A DNA stretch of 64,000 nt from Eledone cirrhosa. Taxonomy: Eukaryota. Of this stretch, positions 1 through 11,860 are shown piece by piece. Position 1 is the first letter of the stretch. Each line of letters begins with the position of its first letter. Under the pieces are notes generated by a model. The model was not told the origin of the DNA. It saw nothing but the letters and a program-made list of their open reading frames with translations, and searched no databases. Location of the stretch: contig OZ024741.1 of NCBI GenBank assembly GCA_964016885.1, forward strand, positions 201,314,001 through 201,378,000, given 5' to 3'. The position numbers and the translations under genes were made by a program.

Positions 1-39
1 ATTATAATTATATATATATATATACATATATATATATAC

Positions 40-134
<95 letters not shown>
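1..134. repeat. (TA)n microsatellite, one of many. Other large tracts include 990-1540, 2830-3088, 43250-43367 and 43535-44160.
   Basis: Direct dinucleotide runs. Confidence 0.97.
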
Positions 135-135
<1 letters not shown>

Positions 136-180
136 GATATTAACAAATGGAAACTATATTTATAAAACTGGTACATATTG

Positions 181-245
181 TATTTTGTCTGATGAAGGCA
201 TACCATAATTTAACATGGTATCCTTGAAATATGTATAATAAAATA
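181..245 (+). ncRNA. Type I hammerhead ribozyme motif (PLE-type)
   Basis: tattttgt-CTGATGA-aggcatacc...ggtatcctt-GAAA-tatgta-TA-ataaaata. Stem I is tattttgt/ataaaata, core boxes are intact and the predicted site is AUA. Confidence 0.75.
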
Positions 246-312
246 GATATGTCGTTTCTGAATTTGTTTAGCAAGATTCTTTATCTGAAATCGTGTGTTG
301 AAACCGATATTG

Positions 313-860
313 TTATACTTTGGGAGGGTCACGTTGCCAATAAGAAACACACGCACCAGTTGCTTTCACTTCAATTTATTATATATTTATAAATTTATAA
401 ATTTACAAATCTACAAACTTATAAATTTCTGGTTGGTTGGTTGGTTCCACAACCAGATAGTTGTTTATATATATAGTCATAGTCCTTTCGTCACACACTC
501 TGTGACCTCTTCAGTGACTGGGGATTCCTTTCTTCGTTTCTGTGCCTTTTCTTTCTTCTATCCTATGACATTTTGTTTCTGTGTGTGTGTTGTGTGCTCA
601 GTTTGCATAGGATAGAAGAAAGAAAAGGCACAGAAACGAAGAAAGGAATCCCCAGTCACTGAAGAGGTCACAGAGTGTGTGTCGAAAGGACTATGACTAT
701 ATATATAAACAACTATCTGGTTGTGGAACCAACCAACCAACCAGAAATTTATAAGTTTGTAGATTTGTAATTTTATAAATTTATAAATATATAATAAATT
801 GAAGTGAAAGCAACTGGTGCGTGTGTTTCTTATTGGCAACATGACCCTCCCAAAGTATAA
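313..860. repeat. About 255-bp inverted repeat (313-567 / 606-860) of a Penelope terminal (pLTR-like) sequence
   Basis: The arms are near-perfect reverse complements. The same sequence lies downstream of GIY-YIG ORFs at 24265-25530 and about 35160-35340. Confidence 0.85.
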
Positions 861-1053
861 AAATAGATATGGTTTTATAAATATAGTTTCCATTTGTTAA
901 TATCGTATATATACTCCAAATACTTGTCGAGCGCTTTATATCAGTTATAAAAATATTTGCTTGTTGTATCCCAACAATTTAAATAGAACTTTTGCATATA
1001 CATATATATATATATTTATATGTATGTATTTATATATATATATATATTTATAC

Positions 1054-1099
<46 letters not shown>

Positions 1100-1258
1100 A
1101 TATATATATATATGTGTGTGTGTGTACATATATATACATATAAGTTCATAAAAGTTCGTTTTCGTACAAAACCCATACTACTCAAAATATGGATGAAACG
1201 TTCGTAGTTTAATTAAAATGATATATAATTAACTGTTTTGGTATTTTGTATTAGTTTA

Positions 1259-1307
<49 letters not shown>

Positions 1308-1506
1308 AATATATAAACACACACACATGTACATATATACACATATATATATTTACATATACACGTATATATATATACACACATTTATATACAAAAGGAT
1401 ATATACACATATGTATATGCATGTATATATATACATATGTATATGTATATATATACATTTGTATATATACATATATATATATATATATAAATATATATAC
1501 ATATAT

Positions 1507-1540
<34 letters not shown>

Positions 1541-1546
<6 letters not shown>

Positions 1547-2320
1547 TGCCCCCTCGTTATCGAGTATAGCCATTACACTACGTACCATTATTAATAATTA
1601 TTAATTACTTCTGGATTGGCAGTATCGGTAGAGGGTCGGACGCCATGATTTGACGCATAGAGTTACGGCCCTTGCCATCTGAGTTCAAATCCCGCCAAGG
1701 TTAACTTTGCTTTACATCCTTACGGGGTCGATAAAATAAAGTACCAGTAATACACTGGGTAATTGCTGGCCTTGTGCCAAAAGTAGAAACAATTAATTAC
1801 TTGTATCGTGCAATGCTTGTGTGTGAAGATTTTTTTTAAAGTAATCCCACTCTCTGAGCGACAGTAGCTATAACCCGAAAGAAAAGATCAACATCATCGG
1901 TAACTACTGACTAGCAGGTTTAATGTCGGAGTTATCCCAGTTTCCTGAGTTGCCTTCTCCTAGAAGAATGCCCTGACGAAGGCTAGGGGTCCTTCACTCC
2001 CAGTGGTTTAACTGCGCGATCGGGTATCCAGCCCAATTATTTCTCTCTCTGTCCCCGTGCATATATATATACATGCACACATGCATATACATATATATAC
2101 AAATACATACATATGTACATGTGTATATACATATTTACATATTTTCGGATGGCCGTTGACTCATGAGTTCTTCCGCCCTTTGTCAGGTTTTGTTTTTTGT
2201 CCTGCAGGGTGTCCAAAATCATCCTCCTCAGCAAGTAAACTTGGTGGGGTTGCCGGTTTAGTCGCCGACAACCCCACTATGCGACAGGCTTTACGGGGTT
2301 ACATGTTACCAGTAGCACTC
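1541..2320 (-). mobile_element. Internally deleted RTE-type element (5' UTR joined to a short 3' tail), interrupted by a SINE
   Basis: 1840-2310 matches in reverse the 5' region (62885-63215) upstream of the RTE ORF at 63328. 1541-1590 resembles the tail at 3088-3130. Confidence 0.55.
1611..1791 (+). mobile_element. tRNA-derived SINE, family A, with 11-bp TSD
   Basis: A box TGGCAGTATCGG and B box GAGTTCAAATCC. Flanked by ATTAATTACTT at 1600-1610 and 1792-1802. Confidence 0.9.
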
Positions 2321-2529
2321 AAGAGTGTGTATATATATATATATATTTAATACATTATCAGAGAAAGCTTTAAGCGATACTCTGACCAACTCCATCTCAC
2401 TCAACAATCATTAGGATATACCTGAGTATAATCCCAATTATGTGTTTGGGCTGCTAACTATATAGTATTCCGTGGATAATTGGTTGTATTATTTTATTTG
2501 AGACATAATTAAATAAATCTCTCTTTCTT

Positions 2530-2652
2530 TCCATACGATCGTTTCGTTATAAGATTTCTACAAGGTGGGATAAATAATGTCCAAGTTATGTAGAAACTTG
2601 TATATAATCCATAGATATACACACAAGTGGGCCCTTATAACTCATCAGTGGA
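2530..2652 (-). ncRNA. Type I hammerhead ribozyme motif with extended stem II
   Basis: Minus strand: tcca-CTGATGA-gttataag-(about 80 nt)-cttataac-GAAA-cgatcg-TA-tgga. The core is perfect and stem III is palindromic. Confidence 0.8.
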
Positions 2653-2951
2653 TGCCCATGCAATATCAATATAAAAAACTACATCGATATTAATAATCAG
2701 TGATGGTGTCCGTCAGTGCTAGAAGGACTGGTAAGTTTGAAAGCCCAGCAGTCCCTCAAAAAGAAATTTCACACTGTCCCCAAAAGGGAAGGGGAGGTCA
2801 TCGTATAATATAAAATAATATACACGCTATTATATGTATATATATATATATATATATATGTGTATATATATATACATACGTATATACACATATATATATA
2901 TATACATATATATATACACAAATATATATATGCATACATATATATTGCTAC

Positions 2952-3008
<57 letters not shown>

Positions 3009-3087
3009 AATATATATATATATATATATGCATACATATATACACCTACATATATATATATACATATATAAATATAATACATATATA

Positions 3088-3575
3088 CATGGTGGCTGCC
3101 AACTCGTTTTCGAGTACGGCCACTACTTTATATCTATGTAGGAGAACCCCTACCGATGCGCTGAACGAGTGCGACTTGAAAACTTGAACGAGTGCGACTT
3201 GAAAACTTGAAAACTCTGGTACAAACACTAGACTTGTGACAATTATTGACACATAGTGCTGGGCCCATGGTACCATGTGACGACAAGTGCAGAGAGATCT
3301 CCAGATATAAAGCGATGCCTGTGCCGTGAAGCTTTTATAGTGAGCAAAGGCACTGCACAAAGCCAGTCCCACTCTCTTAACCAAGATGATATTTACCAAA
3401 AAGAAGAACAAGTCAACATCATTGGATACCATCAGGGTTGCAGGTGTTATATCAGAGTTTTCCTTCTCCTAGAATTCTGCCTTGACAAAGGCTAAGGGGT
3501 CATCTCTCCCGGTGATTTTGGATGGCCATTGACTCTTAAGAGCTCCTTTGCCCTTTGACAGGTTTTGTTTTTAGT
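3088..3575 (-). mobile_element. Second internally deleted RTE-type relic (3' end 3088-3370, 5' UTR piece 3400-3575)
   Basis: 3400-3575 is similar to 1880-2200 and 62990-63170. The 3' end is similar to 1541-1590. Confidence 0.5.
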
Positions 3576-3689
3576 CTAACTTATATATACATACATACAT
3601 ACATACATACAAACATACATATATACATGTATACCTATATACATACATATATGCATATATACATACATATATAAATATTTATATACATA

Positions 3690-5125
3690 CATATATCGCG
3701 GATAGGGCAGATAGTTAGGGAGCATTGAATGTTGTTGTCTCTGGATTGCTTTTTAGACAGATATCCATGCAGTGAAGGGCCGGAGTGTGCTAATTGTATG
3801 TCCAGTCCTTCTTTGCGGATAGCTCTGCAGATAGCTGTGGTTTTGCTTTCGCTGAAATGTGGTAATTTCATGAAGCAGGTGTTAGGGGACGTCTTATGCC
3901 TGCGGCACCTTCGATTTTTAAGTCGATTCATTGTGGATGTTGTTCGTCTTCAGTATATCTATGAAGTGTGCAGTGTGAGTGTTCTGGTCCTCTGTCTTAC
4001 TACATTTATTCCGGATACGTGTAAGTTCATTTCTTATGTATCCGGTTTTAGCACGGCTGATCTATAATGCACAAACAGGTCTCTGCTGGCAGCTTTCCTA
4101 TAGGAGTTGGTGTATATAGTACCTTCATCTGTTACTCTAAGTTAGAAGTCCAGCAGAGACAAGGAACTATTTTTATCGGGGTGCTCTGTGGTAAATCGTA
4201 TGTTGTTATCTATGTTTGGAAATGCCATAGATAATATGTTGGCCTCTTCACGGGGTGATGTGAGGATAAGTATATCATCTATGTATCGGGTGAAGAAAAT
4301 ACAGGAGCAGCAGGCGTTGAGCGCTCGACGTTCCAGTTGTTTCATATAGGTGATGGCTAGAAGGCCTGAAAGACTGGACCCTATGGGTAGGCCTGTTGTT
4401 TGTTTGTATGTGTGGTGGTGGAAAGTGAAATATATATATGTTCTACAATGATGGATAGAAGCTGATGTATGTCTGGTGGGGTGAGGCCGAAGCAGTATAT
4501 GTTGTATGAAATGATGCAGTCAGTCACTAGGTTGACCGCTGGATGAGCGGGTACTATCGTGTAGAGGGAGACAACTTCGAGGCTAAAGGCATATCTGTTG
4601 AGCTTAAGTTGATTAGGTTGTAGTTGATGTAGTCTTTGTATGACGTCGTCGGAGCTGCTGACATGTCCGGGAACCGTAGCAAGCATAGGCTTGACGATCT
4701 GGGAGAGGAACCAAGAGATTTTATAGAGGAGTCCTTCTATACTAGAGACACTTGGTCTAATCTGGAGATTAACACTGGTTTTGTGGGTTTTAATGAGGTG
4801 GTAGAATGTTGGTAGTCTGCTGTTTCTGGTGGTGAGGTTGTTTTTATATTTGTTGGGGATTTGTCTACGTCTGCAGATATCCGTCTACTGGGTGTTGATG
4901 TGATCTTCTATCTGGGATGCAGCTATGTTTGTCACTTCTGTATATAGTTCACCGTTGTTAAGGTGCTCATATGCCAAGCTGTTGTATGTCTCTCTCGAGA
5001 TGACGCAGAATTCTGTCCCTTTGTCGGAAGGGCGATATACGAGGTCCTTCTCTTGCATGTTGTTTAGAATGAGGTGTTCTTTCCTGGAGAGGTTAGGGAG
5101 TACCGTCTTATGTTTCATTAATAAT
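3690..5125 (-). mobile_element. Penelope-like element, reverse transcriptase relic (frameshifted)
   Basis: Fragments PSDKG, FSLEVVSLYT, FFTRYIDDILIL, FTTEHPD..LSLLD and C-terminal C..TICPI, all typical of PLE RT. Confidence 0.8.
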
Positions 5126-5221
5126 CTAGAAATAGACTGATTAAGTCTGAAGAGTGGTATATATATGTGTGTGTGTATGTGTGCGTGTGTGTGTGTGCAT
5201 CCAGAGACTATGTGGTTGATT

Positions 5222-6874
5222 CACTGTGTAACATATTTTTTGTTCCCCTGTTCGAAGTGTCATTTTCTCTAGTTTGTTATATCCCATTATTATTAAAAAA
5301 ACACTATTATTTAATCAGAACTTTTGGTTTGTGGTCAGGAGTTTGTTATTTCGAAATTTTCATATTTTTCAAGAAAAAACACATTTTTTTTTTATTTATC
5401 AGTTCATATAATTAAATCAACAGAGTATAGATTTATTTTATTACACAAGCTTATCAAAAGCAAACAAGTAAAAACAAATAACACTTATAAAGCAACTTAT
5501 ACACGTCAGAAATGACTGGATTTCCTGGATTTGCGGTTGTAGTCCAGGTCGCATTCCCGCACTAGCCCCCAGATATAGTCTCCCAGCATTTTTTCATTGT
5601 AGTGGCCCTGGTACCTCCGCTCCATCTCTTTCGCATCTTGGTGGAATCGTTCGCCTTGTTCTTCTGAGTAGGCGCCCATATTGTCCTTGAATATTTCCAG
5701 GTGAGCGTCCAGTATATGGAGTTTAAGCGACATCCTGCATCCCATGGCGCCAAAAGCCTTTATCAGATCCTGCACCAGTTTCTGGTAGTTTTCAGCTCTG
5801 TAGTTGCCCAGGGAGCACTTAACAACTGCCTTGAAACAGTTCAATGCTGTTCTCTCAATCCTATTAAGCTTATTGAAGAACTCGGTAGACTCAAACACCT
5901 TCTTTATCTGAGGTCCAACAAAAATTCCACCTTTGATTTTGGCCTCAGATAACTTGGGGAAGAACTCAAGAAGGTACTTAAAAGCGGCTTTTAAGTACCT
6001 TCTTGAGTTGATTCTTGGTTGAGAGCCTTCACAAACTGCTTCATCAACTCCAACTTAATGTGCAGTGGCGGCATGAGCACACTCCTGGGATCTAACAGTG
6101 GCTCCCACATGAGGTTCCGGGTCCCAACTGTAAATTCTGTTTGCTGCTCCCAGTTCTTTCTTTTGTAGTGGTCAGAGGTGGCTCTGCTGTCCCAATGCAG
6201 AGCTTCCAAGAGGACATTCACACTGTAGTAATCTTCCTTCGGGCAGACTGAATGAGCTAGGGGCAGTGTCTGGAACTTGTTTCCATTGTGGAGGAGGACA
6301 GCCTTCAAACTTGTGGCGGAGCTGTCTATAAATAGCCGCCATTTCTTGGGCACAAACGGCACCCAATAACGTCAAACAGTGCAAGCACGTCATGGCAGAA
6401 GCCGAGGCCATCCCTAAGAGCCTGAGAAAGGTTCGTGTTGACTTCTCTGACTTGTCACCTGCACTTCCTCCTTGACCAAGTTCCACTGCTTCATCCTGGA
6501 GACGAATGCTTAAAACACAACTTACCCTTTATTCAGGGTGCGAAAATCCAGTATCAATAAATCTCTTTAATCCACTTTTTAACAATTTTATACTTTATTG
6601 CACTTCTATAATTTTCTTTAGGTATTACTCTTTATTTTATAATTTTAATTAAACCTGAAACATATTAAAAAAATCATTTAACATAAGAAAATTAAACTTA
6701 CATACAACGTAAAATCCAGCATACAAATAATTCTAGTGAATAGCTTAGACATTTTACAAACCCAAACCTTTAACTGTTTAATAGCACTTTTTTTTATTTA
6801 TTTGGGACCTAAGCAACATAAAAAAGTGATTACAAGCCAGGAACAGAGAAAACAAAATTTTTTGTTACACGGTG
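5222..6874 (-). mobile_element. Chapaev/CMC (Chapaev3-like) DNA transposon, internally deleted
   Basis: TIRs CACTGTGTAACATATTTTTTGTT (5222) and AACAAAATTTTTTGTTACACGGTG (ends 6874), giving CAC...GTG termini. Transposase motifs lie inside. Confidence 0.8.
5506..6362 (-). pseudogene. Chapaev-type transposase, frameshifted and truncated
   Basis: WRLFIDSS..SLKAVLLHNGN, PPLHIKL.LMKQFVKAL and MSLKLH.LD.H...SEEQGERFHQD..MERRYQG motifs. Confidence 0.85.
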
Positions 6875-7105
6875 TTGTTTCTTCCCTATCTCCACATATT
6901 CTACAGTTATAGTGCTGTTTTTTCATTATGTACTTCTGGTAGTTATCCAACGAAAACAACAACAATGACACCGATACCTGTAATAGCGATCTCAGCACCA
7001 CCAGTAAGACCAGTAGCGGCAGCAATAGTGGTGCTGCTGAAAAAAGGACCACTTCTTTTGCAGGTGTGGCCCGAAATATCGAGGCAGTGTTAGTCACAGG
7101 AGGAG

Positions 7106-8553
7106 ATGGCAGTCGCAAGGGCCATGGTGACAAGAAGCGCAAATAGAGTTTCCCTGAAACCTCCACCCGATTTTTTCAAGGACCAGCAGCTACGGAGGGT
7201 GACTTACCGCACCGTAAGCAAAATCTCACATCGAGTGGAGAGAGCCACGGAGGCTCAAATCCAAAAGGCCTTGGGGTGCATCTGGGCACGCAAAACCCAC
7301 ATCACCCGAGGCAGAAAGTACGCCACAGTAGACGTACTTTTCGCCACCTCCCAGGAAGCAAACTCTCACTCTTTGGAAACCCTAAAGAGTGAGGAGATAG
7401 TCTTGGTGCCCTCCTACTGCGGGAAGAAAATTGTGAGGGTCAAAGTGACCCAGGTCCCACCCTACGTGCCCATACCTTGGCTGGCCGCGTCTGTCCTTGC
7501 TGGAATCGAGAACAGGGCTACCATGCTGCAAGTAGAAAAAATAGGGAGAGAGAACTGGTCAGGTATAGGCATGCAAATGCTTATACAAACTGACCAGGAA
7601 TGTATCGACGCTATCCCCGATATCATAGACATCGAGGAAGGACTCCAACTCCCTATAAGTGTAGAAGGAAGACGGCCAAAATGTTATCTCTGTGGGTCGA
7701 AGGGTCACCTCAGGGCCTTTTGCCCGCAGAAGACAGCGAAGAAGGCCCCTCTCCTTCCAATACATGGTCCGTTGCTACCAAGAGCAGGGCAGGCAACAAA
7801 CGAAGAAGCCCCTTCCACGGTGAGTAGGAGGGCAACGTCCGTAGCACCCGTACCAAGGCCACGGACAACTAAAGCAGCATCATCAGTAGCGGCAATACCA
7901 ATAGCTACATTTGAAGTAGCTACATCAGCAACAAAATTGCCGAAGAGGGCTCCACTACCACCACCAACAGCCGTGGAGCACATACCCCTCCCAGACGCCA
8001 CAGAATCCGACATGGAGTTTGAGGCGGGAGTGAAGTGGCAAACGGTCTGCCACAAAAAAAACAAAAAAGAAAAAACCCCTTAGATTCACCCTCCAAAAGC
8101 GAAGGCATACAAAGAGGGTTAAAGGCAGCAAGGAAACTTGCAGCAACACCACCACCATCACCACCACAAACACCAACAACGCAAACACAACAAGACACAC
8201 ACACCAAACATCAACAAGAAGAAAACAGCAACAAAATCACCCCTCCCCACAAAAAGTACACAGCCATAAACATGGCAAAAAAAGAACTCATACAATATAT
8301 AAAGCAGCACACAGACATCACAGAAAAAAACTACTACACCCCACCAACACCAAGAACTCTCCCGACAAACATAAGCATCATCGAAATCTCAATAGAACAG
8401 TACAAACCTTTAAAACAAAAGTTCCCCAACGCAGTTGGAGACTTCAGAGGGTCGGTTACCAAGAGGATATACACTGACATCCTCTTGGAAACACCCATGA
8501 CCAGCGAAAGGGACGGTTCTACTGTCCCTTCACCACACGAACAAGGTAAGTGA
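7106..8553 (+). pseudogene. Tx1-like ORF1 (gag-like, zinc knuckle), probably frameshifted in the A-rich tract at about 8054-8076
   Basis: CYLCGSKGHLRAFC (CX2CX4HX4C) in ORF 7106-8083. The overlapping ORF 8035-8553 ends G-K-stop, as does the ORF1 end of copy 2 at 17183. Confidence 0.75.
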
Positions 8554-8585
8554 CCCTTTGTCACTTGCCCCGTTTCTCATCCAAC

Positions 8586-11500
8586 ATGGCTGTACTCAGA
8601 ATAAATGCACGTGGCCTGGGGTCATCTTGGAAGCAGGGTCACCTGCTCAATGACCTCAGGTCACTAAACATAGATGTGGTGGCCATCAGTGAAACCAGAA
8701 TCTCCGAAGCACAAGCCTTCGCACCGATCTTCGGCGGCTACGATGTATACGCATCTCCCAGCCGTCCAGGATCGGGGGGAGGGGTTGCCATCCTTTTTCG
8801 GAGAGGATTGGATCTCGCGATACGGGCCATCTTCCGAGACCCAGAAGGTAAGTAGGCGGTGCTGGACGTGACCGGCAGCGAAGGCAATGCTTTCAGGCTA
8901 GTAGCCGTCTACGCCCCAACAGGGGCAGGACGGCCAGATTTCTTCAGACGTCTGGAGACCTTTCTTGGAACATCCCGCTCTTTAGTGTTAGTGGGCGACT
9001 GGAACGGTATCTTGGATGCACGCTGGGATCGTGTGGGGCTAGTGGATAGGGGAGGAGGGTGCAAGAGCCTCACCAACCTGCTCAGACGTTTTGAACTGTC
9101 TGACAGGTATCGAATGGATCACCCGAATGTGCCAATGTGGATATGGACAAACCGCATCGGGTCATCCAGATCGTATCTCGATAGGGTATTCTGCAGAGAA
9201 CTAGATAAGGCTAATATAAGTTGTCCACAATTTAAAATAGTCGACTACACAGACAACAAATTTGTGATCTGTGAGATCAACATAGACAGATTTCATAGAC
9301 AAGGGTCTGGTTACTGGAAGCTGAACGCGTCTTTCCCGGCGCGCAAAGCCTACAGAGACCGGATTACAACAGGTGGTGGTTCGCCCTGAAAAGGGCAATT
9401 AAAGTAGAGTCGATTAGGTTTAGCAAAGGCGTAGTGATAGAGGAAAATAGAGTAGAGGGAGAGCTAGTCAGAAAGCTAGAAGAGGCGTTTAGGACAGGCA
9501 TCGCAACCGACGTGCTTGCGGCGAGATTGGCACTCGACCAATTCTTCAACGCAAAACACGAAGGCTGCGTTGTCAGAGCTAGAGCGCGTGCTCTGAAACA
9601 CGAGGGGACAAAAGCCGTCCAATGGGCCCGGGTGGCAGAGGCGCGACGTGGCAACAAAGCCACAATTCGGTCTTTGTCTGACCAAAACGGGTGCGTGATG
9701 CTCGAACCCGAGCGGATGTGTGAAGCTTTTCAGCAGCACTTTGCTGAACTGTTCGGGAGCGGCGGCGGCCCGGATTGTGGGATGGATTTCAGTGCATACC
9801 TCGGCGGACTGCCTCGGCTCTCGATGACCACAGCACCGTGTTGCCAATAACAGCCGGTGAAATACGGGAAGCGATGGCTAACTGCACAAGGGGTAAATCG
9901 CCAGGTTTAGATGGTCTGCCCTACGAGCTTTATGCATTTATGCCAGACTTGTTCGGTGACCTCTTGGCAGACGTCTACTGCAACTGGCAGCAGAAAGGGA
10001 GCATTCCCAGTTTTGTGAGTCGGGGAGCAGTGGCGCTGCTGAGAAAAGACCTGAACAAGGGGGATGTTATCGATAATTTCAGGCCCATAACCCTGCTAAA
10101 CGCAGAGTTCAAGATTTTGGCCAAAGTGTTAGCAACGCGGTTGGCGCTTGTCGTCAAGGGTCTGGTGGGAGAGGCGCAGACATGCGCTATTCCGGACAGA
10201 TCCATACACGACAACCTCCACCTCATGCGATACATCATAGAGAAGGTGGTTAAGGAACCTAGCACGGGTGGGGCCCTGATCAACTTGGATCAATCCAAAG
10301 CATTCGATAGGGTCGACCATCGGTACCTGGCGGCGGTCCTCGAGGTAGCCGGTTTCGGGTCCATTTTCAGGGGTTGGATCGCAGCAATGTACAGCGACAT
10401 CCGCTCAGTTGTGAGGGTGAACGGTCACCTGTCGCAGCCATTCAGCATCATGCGCTCAGTCCGCCAGGGTTGTCCCCTCTCGTCCCTCTTGTACGTATTG
10501 GCTCTCGAGCCGTTACTGCACAAACTGGGGGCGATTAGGGGCGTCCCACGCGAACTAGGATGAGGGAAATCCTAGTCGGCTTACGCTGACGACGTCACCG
10601 TGGTGGTGTCGAGCACCAGACACGTCCAGATGCTCGGCACCGCTCTCAAGGAATACGAAGCGGTGACAGGAGGAAGCGGTGACAGGAGCAAAGAGAAACC
10701 AGGAAAAGTCGGTGGGCTTGCAGCTAGGCACCTGGAGAGGCAAGTCCATGCCGTCCGACAGCGTTGGACGGACGGACCAGTTAAATTGCTCGGGGTCTGG
10801 TTCGGACCGGACCTCCAGATGGAGAAAAACTGGAACGAGGTGACGAGCAGGGTGGCCTCCCTCACCCAGAAATGGGCTGAGAGGAAGCTGTCCCTGAAAG
10901 GCCGGGCGGAGGTGGCGAATGCGTACATCGCATCCGTCATCTGCTACCGCCTCACCGTCGTCCCTTGCTCCAGCCCAACTCTCACCAAAATGGAGCGCCT
11001 CCTCTTCCGCTTTTTGTGGAAGGGACGCGCTCCCATGGTCAGACGATCCATCTGCTGTCAACACCCGTTGCTTGGAGGACTGGGCATGCCATGGCTGATG
11101 ATGCGCAAACATGCGCTGAGGCTGCGACATCTCTGGTGCTTCCTTGATGGTGAACGGGTGTGGTCGCCGTTCGCCAGGCACGTTTCCCCACAGCTCGTCT
11201 CCTTGACGGAGCTGCAGTCCTGGGTCAGAAAAAGACAGGGATAGCGCTTGGAAACTGGAATGTCTCCAGGCGCTCACTGCCCTCGCCCAGCTGGGCACCA
11301 GTATCGGTGGAACATCCACCTCGGCGTTCTATAGAGGACTAGTGGAGGGGAAGAGCGACGCCATTCTCGGAGAGATCCTGGGCGTCGAAGAAGATCAGCT
11401 GTTTGCTCTCTTCAGCCGAGGGCCTATGGATAACTTCCAAAAATCCCTGGCCTGGCAGTGCTACCGGGGAGCGCTGTCGGTTCGAGATTAGCTCTACAGG

Positions 11501-11860
11501 CACGGAAGTGCCGTCAGCCGAGCCTGTCCGAGATGCGCACAGAGCAACGAAACCGTTGTGCACGCACTCGTTCAGTGCCCGAGCATTGCTGACTTGTGGA
11601 GCTATGTCGAACAGTTGCTGTCGCGTGTGGGACTGATCCGGTTGTCGACTGAGTCCATTCTGCAGATGGTCTCGCCGTCTTCCTTCGAGGAGGGAGGGCA
11701 GGCTGTTTTCATCTGCCTGGTGGCCATGGCGAAAGAGATTGCGTGGTGGACAAGGTTAAAGGGGTTAAAGACAGACACTTTCCTCTTCGGCGAATCCCTA
11801 ATTAACTTTTTCAAGTTTCACTTGAGGAGGAAAATCAGGGTGGAGAGACAAGTTTGTTGA
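8586..11860 (+). pseudogene. Tx1-like ORF2: apurinic endonuclease plus reverse transcriptase, disrupted
   Basis: INARGL, DVVAISET, VYAP, LVGDWN, YLDRVF, KSPGLDGLP, NFRPITLLN, LDQSKAFDRVDH, VRQGCPLS, AYADD and GGLGMP, with several stops and frameshifts. Confidence 0.92.

Noticed and set aside
10555-11319. 254-aa antisense ORF within Tx1 ORF2
   Set aside because: It is a GC-rich antisense shadow of the RT region, has no recognisable motifs and is not conserved in copy 2.
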